64,000 nucleotides of DNA. It comes from Nitrospirota bacterium. GTDB lineage: Bacteria > Nitrospirota > Thermodesulfovibrionia > Thermodesulfovibrionales > JdFR-86. The DNA lies in contig CAVRJY010000001.1 in assembly GCA_963721805.1 (NCBI GenBank), forward strand, positions 384,001-448,000, in the 5' to 3' direction. The first letter of the stretch is position 1, and each line of letters opens with the position of its first letter. The translations under genes and the position numbers were made by a program. Under the pieces are notes generated by a model. The model made no database searches, was not told where the DNA came from, and saw only the letters and a list, made by a program, of their open reading frames with translations. Positions 40,228-49,033 of the stretch are shown one piece after another.

Positions 40228-41295
40228 CTACGCCGCTCTGACCTTTCCGGCCGCGCCGGCCTTGCCCTCCGAGGGCTCCTTCTTGATCTGGAACGTGACG
40301 CGCGTGCCTATGTCGACCACGTCCCAGCGTATGTCCTCGAGGTCCGAGAGGTGGAAGAAGTACTGCCGCCCGTTGTCGGCGTTGATGAACCCGTAGCCCT
40401 TCTCGATCTTCTTGTCGCAGATCTCGCCCGAGAGGGCCGCGCCCTCGGGGTCCTTGATGATGTTGCCGGCCATGTCCTCGTCCTCGTCGGCCTCGCCTGA
40501 CGGGGTGGCGACTGCGGTCTGTGCGAGGTCGCGGTGGGTCGCGGCCTTCTGCTCGCTGAACCGTTTACGGCAGTCGTCGCAGAAAAACGGCATCCCGCGG
40601 CGGGGCCTGAAGGTCGTCCATTCCTTGCGCTCCCCGACATGCAGCGGCGACTGGCAGTCCAGCTGCCGCCGCTCGTACTTAAGCTCGATGTCCGGGATGA
40701 TGTCGTTGATCCATATGATCGAGGTGTCCTTGACGCGCTTTGGGTCAAGCGGGTCTGAGTACTCCGGGGGGCAGCTGTTTTTGATGCTCGCTATCACGAT
40801 GCGCTTCCCGATCCTGCGGACGCTCTGGAGCACCGGGACGTAGTCGCGGTCCCCGATGACCACTATCGCGAGGTCGAAGGCGTCTATCGCGGCGTTAAAG
40901 AGCAGCGAGGTCGCAAGCGCGATGTCCACGCACTTCTCCTTGGGCTCGAACTCGTCGCTCTCGGGCCGGTCCTTCTTCTTGAGCCGCCTGCCGTGGAAGT
41001 TTATCGGGAAGATCTCGACCTCGTAGTTGTATTCCTCGCGCAGGCGGTCGAAGAAGTCCTGCCGCCGCTGCACCGCGTCGTCGTCCAGCACGTTGTGGTT
41101 GGCCGCGATGCTCCCGAAGAGGTGCGTGCGCACTATGTCCAGATCCGGGATGCTCATGTACTCGCTGACCTTCGCCCCGAGCACCTTGGGCAGCAGGCCG
41201 TAGTCGATGTGGTACTCCTGGTCCTGTTCGGTTGCGAGCTTTGAGGTGTTGAGGTAGAGCCAGGTGCCGTCGATGAATACCATTACCTTAATCAC
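40228..41295 (-). CDS. NYN (PIN-like) nuclease + putative zinc ribbon + cold-shock domain
   Basis: VFIDG, EKCVDIALA, GDRDY NYN motifs; C..PLH...CDDC; KGYGFI...FFHLSD RNP motifs. Confidence 0.82.
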   Translation of the reverse strand: MIKVMVFIDGTWLYLNTSKLATEQDQEYHIDYGLLPKVLGAKVSEYMSIPDLDIVRTHLFGSIAANHNVLDDDAVQRRQDFFDRLREEYNYEVEIFPINFHGRRLKKKDRPESDEFEPKEKCVDIALATSLLFNAAIDAFDLAIVVIGDRDYVPVLQSVRRIGKRIVIASIKNSCPPEYSDPLDPKRVKDTSIIWINDIIPDIELKYERRQLDCQSPLHVGERKEWTTFRPRRGMPFFCDDCRKRFSEQKAATHRDLAQTAVATPSGEADEDEDMAGNIIKDPEGAALSGEICDKKIEKGYGFINADNGRQYFFHLSDLEDIRWDVVDIGTRVTFQIKKEPSEGKAGAAGKVRAA

Positions 41296-41416
41296 TTTGA
41301 AATCCTCCTTGTGCGTGCGCACCAATAACGCGTTATTCAGCTTGTGATCAACTGTGACCTCTAATTATACATCAATATCCGGCCGGCCGCAAAGCGAAAT
41401 TTGCAGCCTTGCAGGC

Positions 41417-42145
41417 TCAGTCGGCCGCCTTGCCCTCGGCCACCGCGCGAAGCGACGAGGCGAATTCGGCCGTCCCGTCCCTGGCCAGCCGCGAGAGCGC
41501 CTCGGCGGTCTGGGCCGTAAATACCGGGTTTTGGGCCGGGGCGCTCCTGTACGTCGTCACGTTGTAGAGCACGGCCCCGTTTGCGTCATACATTATCCAG
41601 TCGAGCCTGAGCAACATCATGTATTTCTTTTTAAACATTATGTATTCGGTCGAGCCGTCCACCGTCAGAGCGGCGTCCAGGGAGTTGGCCTCCACGAAGG
41701 CCGCGACCTTCGGCACGCCCGGCTCCGGGAGCTCGAGCATCAGGAACTTGCCCCCCTTGCCCCTGCCGGTCCTCTGAAGCGCGATGGGGGGGATTACCGT
41801 GAGCTTGCTGTCTATGAGCGCGAAGACCGAGGCCCTCCTGAGCGTCTGAGCGATGTTGCCCCGAAAACGCGCGCCGAAGGTCTTGGCCCGCTCGTCAATC
41901 GCCTCGGACCTTGCCTTGTCCATCTCGCCCATCGCCTTGACGTAGTGGTATCTGGCATGTATCAGTCCGACCTTCATCGTCTTCAACGCGCCGGGCGTAA
42001 GCCCCTTAAACGCGTTTGCGTGCCTGTCGAGGTAATCGATCGAATACGACCCGGGCTTCGCTACCTGCGCCGGGCCGCGGCAGCCGAGCAGCCAAGGCGC
42101 GGCAAGCAGGGCCAATATGATTATGAACACCCGTGCGGACATCAT
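41417..42145 (-). CDS. Hypothetical lipoprotein
   Basis: Signal peptide ending in an LLGC lipobox. Confidence 0.65.
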   Translation of the reverse strand: MMSARVFIIILALLAAPWLLGCRGPAQVAKPGSYSIDYLDRHANAFKGLTPGALKTMKVGLIHARYHYVKAMGEMDKARSEAIDERAKTFGARFRGNIAQTLRRASVFALIDSKLTVIPPIALQRTGRGKGGKFLMLELPEPGVPKVAAFVEANSLDAALTVDGSTEYIMFKKKYMMLLRLDWIMYDANGAVLYNVTTYRSAPAQNPVFTAQTAEALSRLARDGTAEFASSLRAVAEGKAAD

Positions 42146-42188
42146 ACTATGCTACCTATCGGTCACATTTCGGTCAAGGGGCCAAGTG

Positions 42189-42224
42189 AAAGCGCGCCAA
42201 ATCGCTTGGGGCCGACTGGCCCCC
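42189..42224 (+). repeat. 5' fragment of the long element fused to a REP palindrome
   Basis: AAAGCGCGCCAAATCGCTTG followed by GGGCCGACTGGCCCC; same junction as 31219. Confidence 0.8.
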
Positions 42225-42442
42225 CTCCTTCAGGTGGCTCCGCCCCCTTGGCCCTCGTGGGCTATTGAAAGCCACTGTGCCGCCTGGAAAAGTGAGCGTG
42301 GCCAGATGGCCACGCGAATAGGGAAAGGGGCCATCCGGTCCCATTGACAGCTCCCGGAACTCGCGGTAGACTTCACTCAGGGAACACGTTGGCGAGAAAT
42401 ATCACAACCTAACGCGTGGCTGGGATCCGGAGGTGACGGGCT

Positions 42443-42724
42443 ATGGGACGCTATCTGGTGCTGAGCAACCTTACCGAAGAGGGCCGCAAGACGATACAGA
42501 AGAACCCCGAACGCATACTGGCCGTCAACAAGGAACTCGAAAAGATGGGCGTAAAGGTGGTGGAGCAGTACGCGCTGCTGGGGCCCTATGACTTCGCGAG
42601 CGTAATCGAGTGCCTCGACAACGAGACCGTGATGCGCATGATCGTGGAACTCGGCGCGCGCGGCACCCTGAACCTCATGAGCCTCCCGGCCATCCGCGTC
42701 GAAGACCTGATAAAAACCCTCTAG
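42443..42724 (+). CDS. GYD-domain protein
   Basis: LTEEGRKTI..PER, YALLGPYDF. Confidence 0.85.
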   Translation: MGRYLVLSNLTEEGRKTIQKNPERILAVNKELEKMGVKVVEQYALLGPYDFASVIECLDNETVMRMIVELGARGTLNLMSLPAIRVEDLIKTL

Positions 42725-42769
42725 GGGTGCCACGGGCACCTCTCCCCCGCATAGCAGGAGGTCACGGCG

Positions 42770-43597
42770 ATGGAAAGCGCGATCTGCCCGGTCGCCTCGG
42801 CGCACCGCGGAGTGATGGTCACGGACGGCGCTGGCGTCAGGATCAACCGCATAATCGGCACCCGCTCGCTCGACCACGTAGACCCGTTCGTCCTGCTGGA
42901 CGAGATCCGAAGCGATGACCCCGACGACTACGTCCTGGGGTTCCCGACCCATCCGCACCGCGGCATCGAGACGATCACATACATGATCCACGGCGCGTTC
43001 CGCCACCGCGACTCAAGGGGCGGCGGCGGGCTCCTCACCGCCGGATGCACGCAGTGGATGACCGCCGGGGGCGGCATCCTGCATAGCGAGATGCCGGAGT
43101 CCCCGGACGGCGTATGGGGCTATCAGCTCTGGCTGAGCCTCCCGCGCAGGCACAAGATGGTCCCGCCCCGATACCAGCACATCGCGCCGGCCGACATGAA
43201 GGTCTCCGAGTCCGGCGGCGTGCGAGTGCAGATCATCTCGGGCCGGTACGGCGGCCTCGAAGGCCCGGCCTCAAACTGGGTCAGGACCGATTACTTCGAC
43301 GTAAGGCTCGGCGCTGGCGCTACGTTCAGCCACAACCTTCCGGCCGGGATGGAAGGGTTTTTCTACGTCCACAGCGGGACCGTCAGCGTGTGCGGCGAGG
43401 AGGTCCCGGAACGCGTGCTTGCGAGGCTCGGCCCCGGAGACCGCGTCGAGCTAAAGGCCATAGCGGAGGCCGGGCTGCTCTTCGTGGCCGGAGTGCCCAA
43501 CAGGGAGCCTATCGCGCGCGGCGGCCCATTTGTCATGAACACCTGGGCCGAGATCGAAAAGGCCTTCGAGGATTACCGAAACGGAACCTTGTTTTAG
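42770..43597 (+). CDS. Pirin-family protein
   Basis: DPFVLLD, FPTHPHRGIETITY, QWMTAG.GI.HSE, GPFVMNT. Confidence 0.93.
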   Translation: MESAICPVASAHRGVMVTDGAGVRINRIIGTRSLDHVDPFVLLDEIRSDDPDDYVLGFPTHPHRGIETITYMIHGAFRHRDSRGGGGLLTAGCTQWMTAGGGILHSEMPESPDGVWGYQLWLSLPRRHKMVPPRYQHIAPADMKVSESGGVRVQIISGRYGGLEGPASNWVRTDYFDVRLGAGATFSHNLPAGMEGFFYVHSGTVSVCGEEVPERVLARLGPGDRVELKAIAEAGLLFVAGVPNREPIARGGPFVMNTWAEIEKAFEDYRNGTLF

Positions 43598-43659
43598 GGC
43601 GCCACGGGCACCCTTTCCATTTACGCCGAACGGGGGTAGGGACGCGTAGGGGGGTGGGA

Positions 43660-43735
43660 TGGTGGGCAGTCGCAGAATCGAACTGCGGACACGTAGCTTT
43701 TCAGGCTACTGCTCTACCGGCTGAGCTAACTGCCC
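43660..43735 (-). tRNA. tRNA-Phe (GAA)
   Basis: 76-nt cloverleaf GGGCAGT...ACTGCCC-A-CCA, anticodon arm GTAGC-CTGAAAA-GCTAC, T-loop TTCGATT. Confidence 0.96.
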
Positions 43736-43823
43736 GTCCTCCCGATAAGAAACCGTAGTTTAACCGTTCAGCCCCAACAGTTGTCAAGGCGCCACGGGGG
43801 GCCGACTGGCCCATCTTCTAAAA

Positions 43824-43994
43824 GCCGTTGACCGCGAGGCGCGGAGGCAGCGGTTGGGCCGCGCACTTCGCAAAGCGCGATAAATCGCGTCAGACTAGGA
43901 ACGGCGAGGAAAACGTCCGACGACGTACTGAGACGTACTTCGAGGACGGATTTCCGAAGCCGTGACAACGTATCACGCGACTTTGGCGCGCTTT
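43824..43994 (-). repeat. Long structured element, copy 8 (type B)
   Basis: First A coincides with the TGA of the nitroreductase; ends GGTCAACGGC. Confidence 0.88.
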
Positions 43995-44644
43995 CATTCC
44001 ATCCACTTCATAATTTCGCCAAGCGGTGCCCGTTCGGTGCGGAACTGGTTCATGGGGTGCCCCATGTCCGCGTACCCGACCGAGAGCCCGAGGCAGAGCC
44101 GCTTTGAGGCGTCGATGCCGAGGACCTCTTTCACGATGGCCGAGTAGTCGGTCAGGAATGCCTGCGGGACCGAGCCCACGCCGTGGGCGAATGCGGCGAG
44201 CATCAGGGTTTGGGCGAACAGGCCCATGTCGAAGAGAGACCACGCGCCGAGGGCCGAGTCCTGAAAAAGGTATATCCCGTGCGGGGCGCCGTAGAACCTG
44301 AAGTTGGCCTCCTTCGACTTGCGCGCGAGATCGGGGTCCGAGGCGTTTATGCCGCGCCTGCTAAACAGGGCGTCGATGCGGGTCTGGTTGACCGCGGGCC
44401 ACGAAGTGGCGGCCGGGATGTCGGGGGTGGGCGGAAACCCGGCGGCAAGGGCCTCGACGAGCCGCGCGCTTAACGCCTCCTTGGCCGCGCCGCTTAGTAT
44501 GATGGCCTCCCAGGGCTGGGTGTTTTTGTATGACGGGCTTCTGAGCGCGGCCTCTACAATGGCCTCGAGGGTCGCGCGAGGTACTGGGTCGGGCCTGAAC
44601 TTCCGTACGCTCCACCTGCCTTTGATGCACTCGATAGCGTCCAT
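43994..44644 (-). CDS. Nitroreductase family protein
   Basis: RWSVRKF, SPSYKNTQPW, FYGAP, GLSVGY. Confidence 0.92.
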   Translation of the reverse strand: MDAIECIKGRWSVRKFRPDPVPRATLEAIVEAALRSPSYKNTQPWEAIILSGAAKEALSARLVEALAAGFPPTPDIPAATSWPAVNQTRIDALFSRRGINASDPDLARKSKEANFRFYGAPHGIYLFQDSALGAWSLFDMGLFAQTLMLAAFAHGVGSVPQAFLTDYSAIVKEVLGIDASKRLCLGLSVGYADMGHPMNQFRTERAPLGEIMKWME

Positions 44645-44650
44645 GGGTGT

Positions 44651-45103
44651 CTACCTCCTGAGTTTGATGACTACCTTGGTTACCTGGCCGGGGCCGCCCG
44701 AGATGAGCTGCGGCATGTGGCCGTCGCTTGGAGCGAAGAGCGCGAAGAGGCCGGGCCTGAGCGTGACGATGCCTTCGGGGACATCGGGCCGTTCGTAAAA
44801 CGCTATATCGCGTGTCGCGTCATACGGGGTGCGCTCCTCGAGCCTGTATAATGTGAACCACTCGATGGCCTCGGCGCCCGCGAGCAGCAGCTGCACGTCG
44901 GTGTATACGAGGTGGGCCTCGGGGTATGCCTCGTCCCTGGGCTTGGTCTCATAGTTCGATACGCTTGCGTAGATCTCGCGGCCCCGGATCTCGTATTCGC
45001 CTTGGGGCGTGGCGGACGTGAGGGTCAGGATGAACTCGGTCACCGCGCGGTCCTCGCGCTCGGTGAGGTGCAGCGACAGCCTGTCGATGGTATCGCAGAT
45101 CAT
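44651..45103 (-). CDS. YhcH/YjgK/YiaL (DUF386) family protein
   Basis: EAHLVYTDVQ..L.G.E, FALFAP.DGHMP, KVVIK; ATGA overlap with the upstream DGC. Confidence 0.85.
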   Translation of the reverse strand: MICDTIDRLSLHLTEREDRAVTEFILTLTSATPQGEYEIRGREIYASVSNYETKPRDEAYPEAHLVYTDVQLLLAGAEAIEWFTLYRLEERTPYDATRDIAFYERPDVPEGIVTLRPGLFALFAPSDGHMPQLISGGPGQVTKVVIKLRR

Positions 45104-46644
45104 GATGATGCCTCCCGGGTGTCGGCCTCCACCCTGTTTCTGCCGTTGGTCTTGGCCCTGTACAGGGTCTCGTCGGCCCGATTTGTGAAGCTTTCGAGCG
45201 AGTCGCCGGGCCCGAACTCCGCGACCCCGAAGCTGCATGTCACGCGCCCGGCGCCCTCGAATTCGCTCTCGCCGATCAGGGCGCAGAGCTTCCCTGCCAT
45301 GACGAGCGCGCCCTGGCGCGGGGTGTCCGGCGCAAGCAGCATAAATTCCTCCCCTCCCCAGCGCGCGAAGGTATCCGGCAGCCTCTTGTTTGCGCTCACG
45401 AGCCGCGCCAGCTCCCTCAGCACGCTGTCACCGATCTGGTGGCCGTAGGTATCGTTGACCGCCTTGAAGCGGTCGATGTCCAGCATGATCAGCGACAGCG
45501 GCGTGCCGTAGCGCCGCGCGCGGCTTATCTCGCTCAGGAGGACCTCGGAGAACTTCAGCCTGTTGCAGACGCCGGTGAGGACGTCCGTCGTGGCCTGGCG
45601 TTCGAGTATCCTGTTTACGTACTGCAGCGAGTCCTGCGCCCGCTTGCGCTCGGTGATGTCCATGAAGGTGCCGATTATGCCCCCAACACGCCCGTTTTCG
45701 TCCATGAAGACGTTCTTATTATAGACCACGTCGAGGGTCTCGCCCGAATGTGAGTTCACCTTGAAGTCATAGACCTGATGGGCCGGATTTTTCAGGAGCT
45801 CCATGTCGTGCTGGTGGTAGGTGCGCGAGAGCTCGCCCGGCCACAGGTCAAAGACGGTCTTGCCCGCGACCTCGGCGGACGTGACTCCCATGACCCTCGA
45901 GAACTCCTCGTTGCACCCCAGGTACCGGCCCTCCGAGTCCTTGTAGAAAACCGCCACCGGGATCGTGCTTAAGAGAGTTTCAAGAAACCGCAGCTGGCGC
46001 TTCAGGGCGTCCTTGGTTCTCTTGCTTTCGGAGATGTCCGAAAACGCGGCTACGGACGCCACCACGGCCCCGCCTTGTATTATGGGGGTCGCGACTATCG
46101 AGACAGGCACCATTACGCCATCTTTGCGCGTGAAGGTCTCCTCATCGATGCGGCACGGTCTGGCGGCCTGCACCAGCTTGTGTATCGGGCACTCGGATTG
46201 GAACACCTTCCAGCCGTCAGCGCATTGAAAGTGTACGGTGTCATGGAAGTTCCTGCCGAGCAGTTCCGAGGCCTGCCATCCGAGGATGCGTTCGGCCTCG
46301 GGGTTCATAAACGTAAGGAGGCCCTCAGCGCTAACGACGTAGACCCCCTCGCCGAGCACCGAGGTGATCGAGCTCAGATGCCCCTCGCTGTCGGCGAGCG
46401 CGCGGCCGGACTCGCGCAGCCGTTCAAGGAGCATTATAAAGAGGGAAAACACAAGCGTCCCAACCAGCGCGGCCGTGACGAAGCCGGTTATCATAAAGTC
46501 AGGGGTGACCCTGCCGTGGAAGAATACGCACAGCGGGGCTACGACTATCTCGACGAGGAATATGGTCAGGCCTAAGGAAATCAGCAGGAGGTATGAGGAC
46601 CTGATCTTCAGCAGATAAGAAAACGCTCTGTCTTTGAAGTCCAT
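45100..46644 (-). CDS. Membrane-anchored PAS-PAS diguanylate cyclase
   Basis: Two TM helices, two PAS domains, RLPD I-site, GGEEF. Confidence 0.92.
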   Translation of the reverse strand: MDFKDRAFSYLLKIRSSYLLLISLGLTIFLVEIVVAPLCVFFHGRVTPDFMITGFVTAALVGTLVFSLFIMLLERLRESGRALADSEGHLSSITSVLGEGVYVVSAEGLLTFMNPEAERILGWQASELLGRNFHDTVHFQCADGWKVFQSECPIHKLVQAARPCRIDEETFTRKDGVMVPVSIVATPIIQGGAVVASVAAFSDISESKRTKDALKRQLRFLETLLSTIPVAVFYKDSEGRYLGCNEEFSRVMGVTSAEVAGKTVFDLWPGELSRTYHQHDMELLKNPAHQVYDFKVNSHSGETLDVVYNKNVFMDENGRVGGIIGTFMDITERKRAQDSLQYVNRILERQATTDVLTGVCNRLKFSEVLLSEISRARRYGTPLSLIMLDIDRFKAVNDTYGHQIGDSVLRELARLVSANKRLPDTFARWGGEEFMLLAPDTPRQGALVMAGKLCALIGESEFEGAGRVTCSFGVAEFGPGDSLESFTNRADETLYRAKTNGRNRVEADTREASS

Positions 46645-46665
46645 GCTTTTATTACCCCGCGATGT

Positions 46666-47568
46666 CTAACTCACAACCCCGGACTCGGCCTCCACCCTGT
46701 TCCTGCCGCCGGACTTGGCCTTGTAGAGGGCCTCGTCGGCCCGTCCGGTAAAGCTCTCAAGCGTATCGCCCGCTCTGTAGGCGGCGACCCCGAAGCTGCA
46801 GGTCACGCGGCCCGCCCCCTCAAACGCGCTTTCCTGGACGATCGCGCGGAGTTTTCCGGCCAGTGCGGCGGCGTTTTCCAGCGAGTCGTTCGGCGCAAGC
46901 AGCATGAACTCCTCGCCGCCCCAGCGCGCGAAGGAATCGTAGTTTCTTATGTTCGCGCTGATGAGCCGCGCCAGCTCCCTCAGCACGCTGTCGCCCGCCT
47001 GGTGGCCATAGGCGTCGTTGACCTCCTTGAAGTGGTCGATGTCCAGCATGACCAGAGAGAGCGGCGCGCCGTAGCGCTCGGCCCTGCCGATCTCGGCCGA
47101 GAGGACCTCGGAGAACTTGAGTCTGTTATATATTCCCGTGAGCGTGTCCGTCGTGGCCTGGCGTTCGAGTTCCTCCTCGACCAGCCGCTTTTCGCGCAGC
47201 GACTCTATCATCGCGTTAAAGGCGGCCGAGAACTCCCCGAGGAACGTGACCCTCTGGCTCAGGTCCCCCTTGGCTATCTGCTGCGTCTGCCAGGTGAGGT
47301 GCCTGAGGTTGGCGTGAAGCTGCTTGAACCGCGAGACAAGGAAGTTGCGGGCCGGAGGGTCCGCGTCGAGGTTGCCCTTCGAGAGCGAGGCGATGAACTC
47401 GTTGGACTCGTTAAACGCGCGCAGGAGCCTGTCTATCGAGGCATGAAGGCGCGAGAGTCCCTCGTCGTCGCATCTGGCTGCATCGAGGCGCGGCGGCGGC
47501 TGGCCCGCAAGGAGCATCTCGACCGCCTCGTTCAGCCCCGCGACGGCCGATACGTCGGCCTGCGTCAT
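46666..47568 (-). CDS. Soluble HAMP-like diguanylate cyclase
   Basis: LRHLTWQTQQIAKGDLSQRV..LGEFS.AFN, RNYD I-site, GGEEF. Confidence 0.9.
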   Translation of the reverse strand: MTQADVSAVAGLNEAVEMLLAGQPPPRLDAARCDDEGLSRLHASIDRLLRAFNESNEFIASLSKGNLDADPPARNFLVSRFKQLHANLRHLTWQTQQIAKGDLSQRVTFLGEFSAAFNAMIESLREKRLVEEELERQATTDTLTGIYNRLKFSEVLSAEIGRAERYGAPLSLVMLDIDHFKEVNDAYGHQAGDSVLRELARLISANIRNYDSFARWGGEEFMLLAPNDSLENAAALAGKLRAIVQESAFEGAGRVTCSFGVAAYRAGDTLESFTGRADEALYKAKSGGRNRVEAESGVVS

Positions 47569-48089
47569 GCCTGGCTGGCCTTCGCGCTGAACCGGCATAT
47601 CCTCTCTCCAGAGGCCCAGCAATCGACCTCTCTCACCTTAAACTCCCTGCCGGTGTAGCAGCCCAGGACGCCGGAGAGGAAGCCCTCGTCGTAGTCACAG
47701 ACGGTCTCGTCCGTCACGGGCAGGCCCGAGCAGTCGAGGTCCTCCTCCATCGTGAGTACGCATTCCATCTTCTCGAGGTCGGCCTTCTCGACGCGGAGCA
47801 CCCCTATATTGAGGTCGAGCATCTTCTGGTGGAAGTCGGCCATGAAGCGGTCGAAGTCCAGCCCGGTGTCCAGGACGTTGAGGCAGAACTGCGTCCCGGC
47901 CAGCCGGCCGGCCTCGTAGAGGATATCGCCGGCGGCCTCGGGGCCGTATTTTGATATAAGGACGCTTCGCAGGGTGTACTGCATCAGGCGGTAGACCGCG
48001 ACGTCGGTCAGCTGGCCGAGGTTAGGCCTCCCCAGGCGTATGTCGCCCAGGTCGCTCCAGCGAAAACCGTGCCGCTCACGCTCTTCCAT
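47565..48089 (-). CDS. V4R-domain protein
   Basis: GRPNLG, EDLDCSGLP, CDYDEGF, EVDCWASGERICRF; ATGA coupled to the DGC. Confidence 0.88.
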   Translation of the reverse strand: MEERERHGFRWSDLGDIRLGRPNLGQLTDVAVYRLMQYTLRSVLISKYGPEAAGDILYEAGRLAGTQFCLNVLDTGLDFDRFMADFHQKMLDLNIGVLRVEKADLEKMECVLTMEEDLDCSGLPVTDETVCDYDEGFLSGVLGCYTGREFKVREVDCWASGERICRFSAKASQA

Positions 48090-48141
48090 GACAAATACTA
48101 TCACGATTTCCGGAATGTAAAAAGCTGTTATTATAAGAGCT

Positions 48142-48969
48142 GTGAGGGCCGGGGCAATAGACCTGCACGTGCACGGCACGGGCAAACACGACACGCGCGG
48201 CGGCGAGCGCGACATCCTCGCGATGTCCCGCAGCCTGGGGCGCGCCGGGCTGGCCGCTTTCCTGCCGACGGTATACCCGGCCCCTGTCGCCGAGATGCAC
48301 CGGGCGATGGGCGAGGTGCGCGCTGCGATGGCCCGCGGGGCCGAGCCCGGAAGCGCCCGCATACTGGGCGTGCACCTCGAGGGCCCGTTTCTGAACCCCG
48401 CGCGCCAGGGCGCCCTCGATAAGGACAGCCTGATCGTCCGCCCGCACATGATGGATTTCAGGCGGCTCGTTGACGGCTTTGATGACATCATCCGCATCAT
48501 CACGATTGCCCCGGAGCTCCCCGGGGCGCTGAAAATAATCGAGGCCGCCTCGAACCTCGGCATCCGCGTGAACATGGGCCACACCGACGCGACATACCGC
48601 CAGGCGCTGGACGGCAAGAAGGCCGGGGCCACCGGGGTCACGCACCTGTTTAACGCGATGAGGCCCCTGCACCACCGCGAGCCCGGACTGGTCGGCCTCG
48701 CGCTTACGGACCCCGAACTCTACGTCGAGCTCATCGCGGACGGCGAGCACGTATCGGCCGAGGTCGTGCGCATGGTGTTCGCCCTGAAGCCCAGGGACCG
48801 CATAATAGCGGTCTCGGACTCGGTGATTGGGCCGCACCTGCGCGAGGGCGTCCTGCAGGGCAGCAACATAACGCTCGGCGAGGGCGTCAGGAGGCTGATA
48901 ATGATGGGCATACCCGGCTCGGCCGTCGCGCGCGCGGTGCGCGCAAACCCGCTGGCTTACCTGGGCTGA
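48142..48969 (+). CDS. nagA: N-acetylglucosamine-6-phosphate deacetylase (short form)
   Basis: DLHVHG, HLEGPF, GHTDA, THLFNAM, IADGEH. Confidence 0.85.
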   Translation: MRAGAIDLHVHGTGKHDTRGGERDILAMSRSLGRAGLAAFLPTVYPAPVAEMHRAMGEVRAAMARGAEPGSARILGVHLEGPFLNPARQGALDKDSLIVRPHMMDFRRLVDGFDDIIRIITIAPELPGALKIIEAASNLGIRVNMGHTDATYRQALDGKKAGATGVTHLFNAMRPLHHREPGLVGLALTDPELYVELIADGEHVSAEVVRMVFALKPRDRIIAVSDSVIGPHLREGVLQGSNITLGEGVRRLIMMGIPGSAVARAVRANPLAYLG

Positions 48970-49033
48970 TTGCGCGTCCCGGAGTTCTGCGGTATAGTTT
49001 CGGTATGGCTGGGCTGAATACAGAGGCATACGC

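Noticed and set aside
43660..43735. Genomic island integrated at tRNA-Phe
   Set aside because: No integrase nearby and no duplicated tRNA 3' end seen in the window
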